From the IMG/VR virus record IMGVR_UViG_3300032319_001025, positions 1 through 64,000 of that record: a stretch of 64,000 nt of DNA; one strand, written 5' to 3'. Under the pieces are notes generated by a model, which saw only the letters and a program-made list of their open reading frames with translations, was not told where the DNA came from and searched no databases. Both the position numbers and the translations under genes were made by a program. Source of the stretch: a virus (lineage: Duplodnaviria > Caudoviricetes). Below are positions 20,990 through 31,136 of the stretch, piece after piece (position 1 is the stretch's first letter; every line of letters begins with the position of its first letter).

Positions 20990-21292
20990 ATGTCTAAAAA
21001 GTTCCATGAAAAATTACCAATAGTGGTTATAACGGCTGTAGATCATTGCATGGATAAACCTTCTGCATTAAGCGAAGAATTAATGGAATTTAAAGCTATT
21101 GGAGTTTTGTTTGCTGAAACGGACAATGCTTGGTATTTGGCTAATTGGATTTTTGGTGACAACTTAGCTGATGATAATAATGAAGGGTTTCTAATTATTA
21201 AAACTCCAGGTGCAAAGTTAAAAGTAGTAGGTTATTTAGAAGAAAGACTTGCACCAGGTTCGAAAAAGAAAACTGCTAAAAAACGCAAATAA
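20990..21292 (+). CDS. Hypothetical protein
   Basis: AGGAG RBS and upstream promoter. Confidence 0.7.
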   Translation: MSKKFHEKLPIVVITAVDHCMDKPSALSEELMEFKAIGVLFAETDNAWYLANWIFGDNLADDNNEGFLIIKTPGAKLKVVGYLEERLAPGSKKKTAKKRK

Positions 21293-21293
21293 A

Positions 21294-21303
21294 ACTTAAT
21301 CTT
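21294..21303 (+). promoter_or_regulatory. Putative late promoter ACTTAATCTT
   Basis: Recurring motif upstream of 21337. Confidence 0.6.
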
Positions 21304-21336
21304 AATAAAAAACCTTAACTAAAATAAGAGGTTATC

Positions 21337-21549
21337 TTGTCTAAAAATGAATTTAAGTATATTTTTATTAAGAATAAAATTGTAGAACACGTATTAGAAA
21401 AAAACCATCCAGATTTCAATACAATCAAAAAACAAGAATGGGATTATATTTTACCTACTGAATCTACTGCGCAATATCCTAAAGTGGGCTGGTATTTTAC
21501 AGGTGCCTGCTATAAACACCCAAGTAAAATTAAATTATTTGAAAAATAA
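21337..21549 (+). CDS. Hypothetical late protein
   Basis: TTG start with GAGG RBS; PKVGWYF motif. Confidence 0.55.
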   Translation: MSKNEFKYIFIKNKIVEHVLEKNHPDFNTIKKQEWDYILPTESTAQYPKVGWYFTGACYKHPSKIKLFEK

Positions 21550-21625
21550 AAAAACGCAGCAAAATATTTTACTATCTTGCTGCGTCCGTGTTTTCAGGGG
21601 GACCGCTTTACTTGCATGGGAACGA

Positions 21626-22003
21626 TTATTCTTCTAAAAGACCATCTAAAATAGCTAGATCTTGAACGCTGAGCTGAAGTTTATCTCCTAAAGAAGAAAC
21701 TCTGATCTTTGGCATTTCTACTTCAACTTCTAACAATTCTTGAATTTCTTTAAAAAACTCTTCTTTGTTTTTTTCTGCAACGCCGTAGCTCCCGTCCTCG
21801 TTTTTAACAATTTCGCCTTTTTTATTTTTAGCGGCATGTTTATCAATCAAAGACTTACGCATGTCTTCAAATTTTTTCTGTTCTTCTGCAGCCAATGTGA
21901 TAACGGTTTTAAGTTTGTAAGCTGTAGCAACAGGAATTTCTGCCTGAGCCAATTTACCTAAAGCTTCAGAAAATCTAGGTGATACAATAACGTTTAATTT
22001 CAT
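21626..22003 (-). CDS. DUF1617-like phage protein
   Basis: IPVATAYKL...RKSLIDKHA...ELLEVEVE pattern; AGGAG RBS. Confidence 0.65.
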   Translation of the reverse strand: MKLNVIVSPRFSEALGKLAQAEIPVATAYKLKTVITLAAEEQKKFEDMRKSLIDKHAAKNKKGEIVKNEDGSYGVAEKNKEEFFKEIQELLEVEVEMPKIRVSSLGDKLQLSVQDLAILDGLLEE

Positions 22004-22167
22004 TTAGCGATTCTCCTTTTAAAAAGTTGATAGTACAAATATAGCAAAATAAATGCCATTGTCAAATCTTTTTTAATAAAAAATAATAATTAAATATATT
22101 TAATAATATTAAATAGTTACATTTTTATTTGACATTATGGCATAAAAAATGTATATAATTTATAGCC

Positions 22168-22356
22168 ATGAATAAAGACAAACAACAATTAGGAAAAGTC
22201 TTACAGTTCCCTAATTCAAAATCAAGGTTTTTAAGGCTTTATTTGAGACAAGTAAAGACAAGAAGAAAAGTTCTTTTTATCTCAACTATGGCAGTAATTT
22301 TAGTTAATATTTTGTTATTAAGCGCGGCCCTGATTACCATGTTTTCTGTTGTTTAA
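22168..22356 (+). CDS. Small membrane protein
   Basis: TTGACA at 22129 and TATAAT upstream; C-terminal TM. Confidence 0.55.
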   Translation: MNKDKQQLGKVLQFPNSKSRFLRLYLRQVKTRRKVLFISTMAVILVNILLLSAALITMFSVV

Positions 22357-22407
22357 TAAAAGTTTAAATGTTATTATGTTTTAAACTTATACAGCAAAGG
22401 ATAGTCA

Positions 22408-22656
22408 ATGAAAATGAAAATTAAAAGAGAGCATTTAGAACAACTAATGAAATATATGGAAGATGAACTTCCAGAAGATTTGTTTGTAAGCGTAGAAGAC
22501 AATGGATTTTCATTATCTTTTTCGTTTGATGATAAAGAGGAAAGAAATTGCAAAATTGTTATTTACGAAAGCACTCTTGGAGCTAAAAACCCAAGATTAG
22601 TCAAAGATATGGAACTTAAAACCAGACTACCTAAAAAAACGGATGGAGAGAAATAA
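22408..22656 (+). CDS. Hypothetical protein
   Basis: ORF with RBS in operon. Confidence 0.6.
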   Translation: MKMKIKREHLEQLMKYMEDELPEDLFVSVEDNGFSLSFSFDDKEERNCKIVIYESTLGAKNPRLVKDMELKTRLPKKTDGEK

Positions 22657-22657
22657 A

Positions 22658-22942
22658 ATGGGTAAACAATCTAGAATTAAAAAATACAGAAATCAAATAG
22701 CTAAAAAGCTAGAAGCCATGGGTCTTAAAAACGAAACTAAGCTTGTACCAACTGGTAAGGTTAAGCCGATGATTAGTTTTAAAATGGATGAAAATGGTAA
22801 ACCTGTATTAAATGAACAAGGCGAGCCAATGTTTGAACAGGTAACGGTTAACCAAACTCAGCTTTCTAATCCTTATAAATCAACTATAAGAAAGCTTTTG
22901 AAAGAAGAAGAGGCTGTAATTAAGCAGTTTCTAAAACAATAG
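22658..22942 (+). CDS. Hypothetical protein
   Basis: MGKQSRIKK start right after the previous stop. Confidence 0.6.
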   Translation: MGKQSRIKKYRNQIAKKLEAMGLKNETKLVPTGKVKPMISFKMDENGKPVLNEQGEPMFEQVTVNQTQLSNPYKSTIRKLLKEEEAVIKQFLKQ

Positions 22943-22949
22943 GTATTTT

Positions 22950-23297
22950 ATGGATGGGCAGCAAAAATTAAAAGAAGTTGAAGCTACTGAAGTTTATGAA
23001 AATAACGATGAGCTTTTTACTTTTACGGTAGATTTTATCTACCCATCCATTGAAAAATCAGTTTCTTATCCGATCTTTATGGAAGATGATACTAATCTAG
23101 TAGGGTTTTTTTCATATAAAGAGCTTAATTCCGTTAGATGTGTGGTAAATGCCAAATCTAAGCCTTTGTCATTATTTGTTTCTTCTAAGCAGGATTTGTA
23201 TTTTACAATGATGCTAGACCGTAAAAATAATTCTAATTTTTGTGGCATTTTATCGGAAGTTCCTATCAATGTTTCAAGTATTAAAGTATCATTTTAA
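22950..23297 (+). CDS. Hypothetical protein
   Basis: Operonic ORF. Confidence 0.55.
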   Translation: MDGQQKLKEVEATEVYENNDELFTFTVDFIYPSIEKSVSYPIFMEDDTNLVGFFSYKELNSVRCVVNAKSKPLSLFVSSKQDLYFTMMLDRKNNSNFCGILSEVPINVSSIKVSF

Positions 23298-23338
23298 ATT
23301 ATTTAATCAAAACAAGCACTTATATTTACACCCCTCTG

Positions 23339-23348
23339 TCTTAATCTT
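23339..23348 (+). promoter_or_regulatory. Putative late promoter TCTTAATCTT
   Basis: Recurring motif upstream of ATG 23364. Confidence 0.65.
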
Positions 23349-23363
23349 ATATTGGGGTGTTAT

Positions 23364-23771
23364 ATGAGATTAGCTTTAATAGCTCTTAAAAATTATAATG
23401 ATGTCAATAGCTTTGAGGAAGTTTCTGAAATTAGATTTCAACAAGGCAATCCAGCAGCTTTCTATTTTAGGATTGTTGATTTAGATCAAACTACAAGTGA
23501 TGGAAAATATTTCAGATTTGTACCATCAACAGATGCTACAATGACAGTTACTTTAACCAATATTGATACAAATAATATTGTAACAAAAGTAGCTTCAATG
23601 CCAGCTCAACTAGATGATAGATCAATTTGGTCCATACCGATTTTAACTACAGATACTTTTTCCAAAAATAGTTTATCTGCAACCTTAATAACAAGTAGCG
23701 TTGCTTATAATTTATACTTTGAATCAGAAGTTTCGCAAGATCCTTCTGGTGCTAACAAATTCTTCTGCTAA
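23364..23771 (+). CDS. Putative virion structural protein
   Basis: Late motif, GGGGTG RBS, beta-rich composition. Confidence 0.6.
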   Translation: MRLALIALKNYNDVNSFEEVSEIRFQQGNPAAFYFRIVDLDQTTSDGKYFRFVPSTDATMTVTLTNIDTNNIVTKVASMPAQLDDRSIWSIPILTTDTFSKNSLSATLITSSVAYNLYFESEVSQDPSGANKFFC

Positions 23772-23783
23772 TAAGAGGATACA

Positions 23784-24665
23784 ATGCCAAAAGATTTAAA
23801 AAATGCCAAAAAGGGTACAGCGTCAGTTTTTCCTGATGGAGTATATGATGCTGCTAACGGTCAAGACAGAGTTGAGGCGTTCTTAACTCCAGAAGTTTTT
23901 GTTTCAAGGTTTCTATGGGGTATTCCTTTAGTATCTCCAATTACCAAACAAAAACTAACTGATAATGACATTAAAGACTATATTACTCGAGGGGCTAATC
24001 AGCTTGAGTTTGACGCTCAAGTAGAGATATTCCCAGTAACTAGAAGACATAGGCTTCCATTTGACCCTAACTTGTATTACCAATGGATTTATCTAGAAGT
24101 ACCCAATAAGCCTATTCAAAAAGTAGTAAGAGCGGCCATTTGTTCAGCTTCATATTTAGATACGGGGGCTGAGAATGAAAATTCAAAATATCCAAGCGGT
24201 GCTAATATTTACCAGTTGCCTAATGACTGGATTGAAATGGGGAATGCTAGACGCGGAATTTTAAACGTAATTCCTATCAACCCAGCTTTTACGGCCATCG
24301 GCACTGGCGATGCAGTAGGAGCTACTGGAGCTGCTATTTTGGCTTTTATTGGTCAAATGGGATGGGTACCTTCATACTGGACAGTAGAATGTGTTCATGG
24401 TTTTTGTTCGGAAGATGGTAAAGTCCCCCATATCGTAAACGAAGCTATTGGTATGGCCGCAGCAATCAAAGTATTAAGCAATTTGTACCCTTTATTTAGA
24501 GTTACGAGCCAATCTCTTTCTATTGACGGATTAGGGCAATCTAATACAGATCAATTGCAACAACTATTGCAAGCAAAAATTCAACAGCTTCAAACTGATT
24601 ATCAGAAAATCGTTAATAGAATTAAAGCTATGGTTAGCAATAAAATGTTTAGCTCTAACGTTTAA
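23784..24665 (+). CDS. Putative head-tail adaptor/neck protein
   Basis: FLWGIPL, SQSLSIDGLGQS and C-terminal coiled coil resemble large-myovirus adaptor proteins; position fits. Confidence 0.6.
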   Translation: MPKDLKNAKKGTASVFPDGVYDAANGQDRVEAFLTPEVFVSRFLWGIPLVSPITKQKLTDNDIKDYITRGANQLEFDAQVEIFPVTRRHRLPFDPNLYYQWIYLEVPNKPIQKVVRAAICSASYLDTGAENENSKYPSGANIYQLPNDWIEMGNARRGILNVIPINPAFTAIGTGDAVGATGAAILAFIGQMGWVPSYWTVECVHGFCSEDGKVPHIVNEAIGMAAAIKVLSNLYPLFRVTSQSLSIDGLGQSNTDQLQQLLQAKIQQLQTDYQKIVNRIKAMVSNKMFSSNV

Positions 24666-24669
24666 TTTT

Positions 24670-25206
24670 ATGGATGACAATTTTAAACATAGACTTAAAA
24701 ATTGGGTAGACAAAAGGGAGGCCCAAAATAGAGTGCGTATGAAAGATATTACGCATGTTGTAGATCCAGGCAGAATTATACCTAAAGAATCTAAAGAAGA
24801 AAAAGATCATAACTATTATGGTAAAAAAATTAGAGAATACGTTTTAAAACGATTGCAAGAAAACGTAGTTAATAAATCAGAAGAATTAGATAAAGGTGCA
24901 AAAGGCGATTGGCAAAAAGAAGGGTATACAATCCGTCATTTTAAAACACCTCACGGAGTAACCGTTGAAGCCTATAAAGATAACGAAAAAGTAGGATATT
25001 TAGAAGCAGCGCATTCACAAGCAGATAAAACAAAACTTTATCCAATTCAGACTGTCGTAGATTTTGATCATCAGCGTAAAGGTTTAGCTACAGCAATGTA
25101 CCAGCATGCTGAAAAAATAATGGAGAAACCGTTTAGACCAGGTTCTCAATCAAAAGAAGCAAGAGCGCTCTGGGGTCAAAAAAAACGACCATTTGGTAAG
25201 CCATAA
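24670..25206 (+). CDS. GNAT acetyltransferase with KSEELDKG linker
   Basis: Acetyl-CoA motif V..DHQRKGLATAMY. Confidence 0.75.
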   Translation: MDDNFKHRLKNWVDKREAQNRVRMKDITHVVDPGRIIPKESKEEKDHNYYGKKIREYVLKRLQENVVNKSEELDKGAKGDWQKEGYTIRHFKTPHGVTVEAYKDNEKVGYLEAAHSQADKTKLYPIQTVVDFDHQRKGLATAMYQHAEKIMEKPFRPGSQSKEARALWGQKKRPFGKP

Positions 25207-25214
25207 GAGTAAAA

Positions 25215-27554
25215 ATGAAAATTAGTAAGGACATGATTAAGAAAAAGAAGTTTGTAGGCACTACTGGTAAAGGTATGCCTATACTTTTAGTATAGACTCA
25301 CGGGGGTCTTTATGCATGTTTTGCTCAAAATGATAGGGGTGAAATCGAAACTTTGTCAGCAGCTCCGCATAAAGCTATAGCTCTATTTTTAGCAGAAAAA
25401 AAAGATAAAAATTTAAAATGGCGAGAAGAGCTAGATGAACTAGTTAAATCTAGAGAAGCTCAATTAAGTAAAAATTTAAAACAAAAAATGTTCGCCCCAT
25501 CTGTACTGATTAAAAGTGATACAGATTGCTATCTAGTTTATGATTTTGATGAAGATAGCGTAATTATAACCAAAACAGAAGATTTATTAGAGCTTTATAA
25601 AAACAGAGAAATTAAACCTTCTAGTTTAATTAGAAAATCAAATTTAAGCGAAGAGCCTGTTTTTGCAAGTGATTTTGATTTTAATGAGATTATTAAAAAA
25701 GAAGAAGATTTAAAAGCAATGTACGGCTCAAGTATTACACCAGAGCAAGAGCAGTTTGTAAATTGGGCTACTACCAAACTTCCAGGAAATAATAATTGGC
25801 AAAAATGGGCGGTTAAAAATCATATTAAAGATCCCAAACAATTTACTACTGAAGTAATGCAGCATTTGGAGCACTACGGACAATCAAAACATATACCTGA
25901 AGTATCACAAGTTAAATTTTTAAATCATGACATTAAGCAAGGTTTAGAAGCTTTTAGACAGGCGGAAGACCAATATAATGCTAAAGCTGCATCAAAGCCA
26001 CAATTAATCAAACCATCAAAAAAAACTACCAAAATAATGGATGTCGGAGATGGATATGCCTGGTTTAATTTAAATACCAATAAATGTGATGCAGAAAGTA
26101 AAGCTATGGGGCATTGCGGTACTGCTGCAAATGAAAATCAAACTCTTTTGTCGTTACGTAAAATTTTAAAGGTTGGGGATCAAACATATCACGAACCAGT
26201 CGTAACCGCCTCAATGGACCCAGATGGTAAAAGTTTAAGGCAGATTAAAGGCAGAGCAAATTTAATACCCCAGCCAAAATATCATAAATATATTAAAGAG
26301 TTACTAGCTCATACTAAGTTAACTCCAGAAGGCGGGGAATATTTACCTGGCAATGATTTCCATTTAGACGATTTATCTCATGAAGAGCACGATGATTTAT
26401 TAGCAAAAAGACCAGACCTTGCAGGTTATTCTAACAGAATAAAACCAGAATTGCAGTTAAAACATCAGATGGAATTAATCAAAGATCCTAAAAACCATAA
26501 AGACTTAGCATATAACCTAAACCTCCACCCAGAAGCACAAAAACAATTAGCTCAAAGCCGAGATATAAACGTACTTCGCAACCTAGCATATAACAAAAAT
26601 CTCCACCCAGAAGCACAAAAACAATTAGCTCAAAGCAAAGATAAATACGTACTTTGCAACCTAGCAGAAAACCTAAACCTCCACCCAGAAGCACAAAAAC
26701 AATTAGCTCAAAGCAAAGATGAATACGTACTTGGCAACCTAGCATATAACAAAAATCTCCACCCAGAACTACAAAATCAATTAGCTCAAAGCAAAGATGA
26801 ATACGTACTTCGCAACCTAGCAAAAAACCTAAACCTCCACCCAGAACTACAAAATCAATTAGCTCAAAGCAAAGATGAATACGTACTTGGCAACCTAGCA
26901 TATAACAAAAATCTCCACCCAGAACTACAAAATCAATTAGCTCAAAGCAAAGATGAATACGTACTTGGCAACCTAGCAGAAAACCTAAACCTCCACCCAG
27001 AACTACAAAATCAATTAGCTCAAAGCAAAGATGAATACGTACTTCGCAACCTAGCAGAAAACCTAAACCTCCACCCAGAAGCACAAAATCAATTAGCTCA
27101 AAGCAAAGATGAATACGTACTTCGCAACCTAGCAAAAAACCTAAACCTCCACCCAGAACTACAAAATCAATTAGCTCAAAGCAAAGATGAAAACGTACTT
27201 CGCAACCTAGCATATAACGAAAACCTCCACCCAGAACTACAAAATCAATTAGCTCAAAGCCAAGATAAATACGTACTTTGCAACCTAGCATATAACGAAA
27301 ACCTCCACCCAGAACTACAAAATCAATTAGCTCAAAGCAAAGATGAAAACGTACTTAGAAATCTCATAATAAATTTAAAAACAGATTCCAAAATCAAAAA
27401 AGAAGTAATTAAAAAACTGCAAGAGTTAAATCCAAAATTAGCAGAAGAAGCAATTGGCGAATTAAGACTAGAAAAACTTAAACTAGAAAGCGAAAATAAT
27501 CAAAAAGCTAGAAAAGTAAGAGTTGAAGAATATTTTGATAAGCTTAAAGAGTAA
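25215..27554 (+). CDS. Polyvalent protein: N-terminal domain, PcfJ-like domain and 26-aa LRV/HEAT-like repeats; in-frame TAG at 25293
   Basis: ATG 25215 is in frame with ORF 25353..27554 apart from one TAG. ESKAMGHCG..LSLR..QIKGRAN is PcfJ-like; 11 tandem repeats follow. Confidence 0.65.
26514..27371 (+). repeat. 11 x 78-bp coding tandem repeat
   Basis: Near-identical units encoding N[LKE]NLHPE[AL]Q[KN]QLAQSKDEYVL[RCG]NLA[YEK]. Confidence 0.95.
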
Positions 27555-27559
27555 TTTTT

Positions 27560-28480
27560 ATGGACAAGAACGGACCAAGAAATAGAAGAGGTAGAAAACC
27601 AATAGGAACCCAAGCACCTATTAATTTAAATGAGGTGCAAGTTTCTTTTGATAAAGAAGCCTTCATGCATGCCATTAAAACGCATGGGGTTTACTTTACC
27701 CATTACAGATCTTTACCAGATCCAACAGGCATGCAATCTAAAGGTGATAGCCATGCTGTAGGCAACGGAAATCTTAGATCAAATTCAGATGGTTTTATTT
27801 ACAATAAGGTTGGCGAATTTAGAGCACTTTTTATGCTAAATTCTAACTACGCTCAACAATATCCAGAAGGGCATATTAGCTTTGCCACAGCATATGTCAC
27901 TTTACCCGAATTTTATGAAGATTGTAAAGATGAGGCTATTATTCTAGCTCCATATGATAGGCTTTATTTAAAAGATATTGAAGCCAGAGTCGTTCACAGG
28001 CAGTACGTTGAAGCCACAACAGTTGGAGTTGATAAATTACAGTTCCCAGCTACCTGCGTTGAAGCCTTAGTTGATGCTAACGGCGTTTCTTATAAAGAAA
28101 ATATCGATTTCGCTATTACACCTGAAGGTCATATTAAATGGTTAACACAAAAAAGACCAGGCTGGAACACAACTGTAAACAGAGGTACTGTATATTCAAT
28201 AAGATATAGATATACCCCATTTTTCGTGGTAGCCAGAATTATACATGAAATTAGGGTAGCTAATGTAACAAGTTTCACTGATTTTACTAATGAATCCAGA
28301 AAGTTAGAACGCATGCCTTATCAGGTTCAGGTAGTCAGAGAAAACGTTTACTACGATACCAATTTAGACCCGCTCAAGCCTATACCTGTACCAGATAGGC
28401 TAGTTGAGCAGCCAATAGAAGGCGCATTAAATGAAATAAATCCAGGCGGTTCTTTAGGACCTAAAAACGGTTCTGATTAA
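27560..28480 (+). CDS. Putative head-closure/neck protein
   Basis: DGFIY, YDRLY and YSIRYRYTP motifs; position after the adaptor. Confidence 0.55.
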   Translation: MDKNGPRNRRGRKPIGTQAPINLNEVQVSFDKEAFMHAIKTHGVYFTHYRSLPDPTGMQSKGDSHAVGNGNLRSNSDGFIYNKVGEFRALFMLNSNYAQQYPEGHISFATAYVTLPEFYEDCKDEAIILAPYDRLYLKDIEARVVHRQYVEATTVGVDKLQFPATCVEALVDANGVSYKENIDFAITPEGHIKWLTQKRPGWNTTVNRGTVYSIRYRYTPFFVVARIIHEIRVANVTSFTDFTNESRKLERMPYQVQVVRENVYYDTNLDPLKPIPVPDRLVEQPIEGALNEINPGGSLGPKNGSD

Positions 28481-28490
28481 TCTTAATCTA
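28481..28490 (+). promoter_or_regulatory. Putative late promoter TCTTAATCTA
   Basis: Recurring motif upstream of 28510. Confidence 0.65.
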
Positions 28491-28509
28491 TTGTATAATA
28501 GAGGACATC

Positions 28510-28887
28510 ATGCTCAAAATTAGAGAAAAAGTAGCTCTAAAATTAAAAAGTTACGCTAAAGCTCTTGATATAGCATACAACGATGCTTCAGGAGCATTAA
28601 AAACAGTTCCATCGGGACATAAACTTTCAAATGGGGGCCAATCTTTAGCAGCTTCAGTTCCTTTTGATTATGGTCAAGTTTTAGCTATTTTTAATAATAG
28701 TAATGTAGTTGCTTTTGTAAAAACAGGACCCACAACAGCCGTTGCAGCCCCAACAGGTCCAACAAACGGAATTCCTGTTCCAGCATATAGCTGGTTATAT
28801 ATATCTTTAGGTGATGATTGTTTTGTCATTAGCAATAGTGCTAGCGTATTTGCTTATACGATAGATGATGATACATACGTCCAATAA
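28510..28887 (+). CDS. Small virion protein
   Basis: Late motif, GAGG RBS, beta-rich. Confidence 0.6.
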   Translation: MLKIREKVALKLKSYAKALDIAYNDASGALKTVPSGHKLSNGGQSLAASVPFDYGQVLAIFNNSNVVAFVKTGPTTAVAAPTGPTNGIPVPAYSWLYISLGDDCFVISNSASVFAYTIDDDTYVQ

Positions 28888-28895
28888 GGTGTAAC

Positions 28896-29843
28896 ATGGC
28901 TAAATATCCAAAAGAAAAAAAACAAAAAGAGATGGAAGAGGACAATAAAGTCCATGAATCCAAATCCCCTGAGCAAATCTTAAAAGAGCTTATTGACGCT
29001 TATGCCAAAGACAAGACCGTTAAAAAGCCAGTTCCGTCTATTTCTCAATTTGAACAAGGAAAATTTAGAAGAAAAACTCAGCCATATCAAGGCGAAAAAC
29101 CTGAAAAAGCTGAAAAGTCAGAACAAGTTCAAAAAAATATCGGCCTTCCATTGATGATGGACGAAAAAGCAGAAGACAAAAAATATCCTAAAAAGCTTGG
29201 TTCAAAAAACGTTGAAGCTCACATGAAGCGTTTGAAAGAAGAGCCAAGCAAATATCCAGGCGGCAAAAAACAAGCTATTGCTATTGGCCTATCTCAAGCC
29301 AGAGAAGGTACAAAAGAGCCAATGCCTAAAGCGAAGCTACCAAAAGCTGAAATAGAAAAAGCTGGCGAAATGCCTGCAGGTGCAGCAAAACCTAAAATGC
29401 CTAAGATGCCAAAAGCACCAGCAATGCCTTCTAAGCAGCCAATTGCTTCAGCTCAAAAACAAGCGCAAGCTTCTGCTAGTGGTAAACAAATGATGCCTAA
29501 GATGCCTAAATCAGCAGCACCTAAAAAGCAAGCTGCTCCATCTATGGCAACTAAATCAGACGAAAAAATTGCTAAAAATCAATTTGTTATTACTGAAGCA
29601 GAATTAAACAGCAAATGTACAGATTGCAATAAACCGCAATTTACTTTAACTAAAAATGAACATAAATTTACACCATGTATTTGTTACGCTTCAGAAAATC
29701 AAAGTAAAGAGCCTTTTGTTAAATTAATTAAAAGTGAAGGCAACACAAAGCTTTATTTTAATTCTAAAGCAGATCCAGAATCTGTTAAATCATTCTTACT
29801 TACACTTAAATTGGGACTTCTTGCGAAGAAGATCTCAAAATAA
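28896..29843 (+). CDS. Lys/Pro-rich putative internal head protein with C-terminal Cys domain
   Basis: KQAIAIGLSQAR motif, PKMPK repeats, KAE/KSE/KSD linkers, CTDC...CIC. Confidence 0.6.
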   Translation: MAKYPKEKKQKEMEEDNKVHESKSPEQILKELIDAYAKDKTVKKPVPSISQFEQGKFRRKTQPYQGEKPEKAEKSEQVQKNIGLPLMMDEKAEDKKYPKKLGSKNVEAHMKRLKEEPSKYPGGKKQAIAIGLSQAREGTKEPMPKAKLPKAEIEKAGEMPAGAAKPKMPKMPKAPAMPSKQPIASAQKQAQASASGKQMMPKMPKSAAPKKQAAPSMATKSDEKIAKNQFVITEAELNSKCTDCNKPQFTLTKNEHKFTPCICYASENQSKEPFVKLIKSEGNTKLYFNSKADPESVKSFLLTLKLGLLAKKISK

Positions 29844-29854
29844 AGAGATCTTTT

Positions 29855-31135
29855 ATGGTTTGGATAGTTATAAATGCTACCAATATCAGTGAGTCTTTAA
29901 ACAGACTTATTGATAGAGGAAATTTTAAAGATGCCCAAACCGTTAAGTACTACCTAGACAACTTCCTTAAAAAACTAAAAAGCCTGTGCCAAACTCATGG
30001 CGGAAGTGTTCACTTGTCTCTTTACGAGAGAGTCGTACTAGAAGTTTCGGTAAATGCAGCAGAACAAATTCCAAATATTATAGAAAATTATATGCCTAAT
30101 TTGAAAAGCAAAATGGGCATTGGAATAGGTATGAGTTTTGAGGAAGCTAATGAAGCAGCTCAAAAATCTTTACATACTAAAGAAATTGAAATGTATGAAA
30201 GCAAAAAAGAAGCTTCTGAATACATTAAAAGTGAACTATTAAAAGATGATGATATTGAACCAATTAGGCCAGCAGTGGATATGCCGCCAAACGTTTTTGA
30301 TCCAGAACTTCCAGATAGCAAAAACGTTACAAGAATAGTTCCAGAAAAAAGACCCATTCAAGAAGGTCAATATAGGCTTAATCAAGTTAAACCAACTAAA
30401 CCAAAATTAGCGCCAAATATTAAAGAGCAAGAACAAGGTCAAAAAACTTTAATAGATAACGTTTTAGACGAATTACTTTTTCCAAAAGAGCAAATTCAAC
30501 AGCAAGCACAATTAATGCAACAAAAAGCTCAACAGCAAATGGCTATGCAGCAGCAAATGCAAGCTCAACAAGAAAAAGAGCAGGCAACACAGCATTTACA
30601 AAATGTGCCAAAACAGCAAGAAACTGAAAAAGACGAACTAGAAGGTACGCCAGTAATACACTACGAAGACGAATCAGAAAAAGATCAAAGTTTACATAAA
30701 GAAGGCGAATCAGAAGATATCGAAAGTTCACATGAAGAAGATGAACACGATAAAGTTTCATTAAAGCTTTTAAACTTTTTAGGGCAGTTAAAAGAACAAA
30801 TGCCCGATTTAATGCAATTACATGCATCGAACCCAGAAGCTTTTAAGCAAGTAATGTCTTTAATTAATAAAATGCTTAAGCTATCTAAACACAAAATTAA
30901 AAAAAGTGACATTTCTTTAGCTGAAGAATTAGAAAAGAATTTTAAAAATTTAAAACATGCAAAAAAAATCAAGCAAGCTAAAGGAACCAGATTGCCAATT
31001 GGTACTTTAAAAGGAAGAAAAATTAAAGTAATGGTTAATGATAAACCAGTTTGGCGACAAGTAGCTTCTGGTATTGTTTCAGACAGTAAAGGTGTTCCAA
31101 TTTCTGTTAAATCTAGAAACTTAGATACAGAATAA
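29855..31135 (+). CDS. Protein with N-terminal catalytically degenerate mCpol/GGDEF-like domain
   Basis: Residues 1-115 align by eye with the mCpol domain of 40350..41783, with DGD changed to NAT and GGDD to LYER. Confidence 0.6.
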   Translation: MVWIVINATNISESLNRLIDRGNFKDAQTVKYYLDNFLKKLKSLCQTHGGSVHLSLYERVVLEVSVNAAEQIPNIIENYMPNLKSKMGIGIGMSFEEANEAAQKSLHTKEIEMYESKKEASEYIKSELLKDDDIEPIRPAVDMPPNVFDPELPDSKNVTRIVPEKRPIQEGQYRLNQVKPTKPKLAPNIKEQEQGQKTLIDNVLDELLFPKEQIQQQAQLMQQKAQQQMAMQQQMQAQQEKEQATQHLQNVPKQQETEKDELEGTPVIHYEDESEKDQSLHKEGESEDIESSHEEDEHDKVSLKLLNFLGQLKEQMPDLMQLHASNPEAFKQVMSLINKMLKLSKHKIKKSDISLAEELEKNFKNLKHAKKIKQAKGTRLPIGTLKGRKIKVMVNDKPVWRQVASGIVSDSKGVPISVKSRNLDTE

Positions 31136-31136
31136 T

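Noticed and set aside
26488-27291. 267-aa antisense ORF, and antisense or alternate-frame ORFs in the fibre, FtsH and sheath genes
   Set aside because: These are shadows of repetitive or biased coding sequence on the real strand.
26514-27371. CRISPR array or DGR template/variable repeat
   Set aside because: The units are contiguous in-frame coding repeats with no unique spacers. Variation is not adenine-specific, and no cas or reverse transcriptase gene is in the window.
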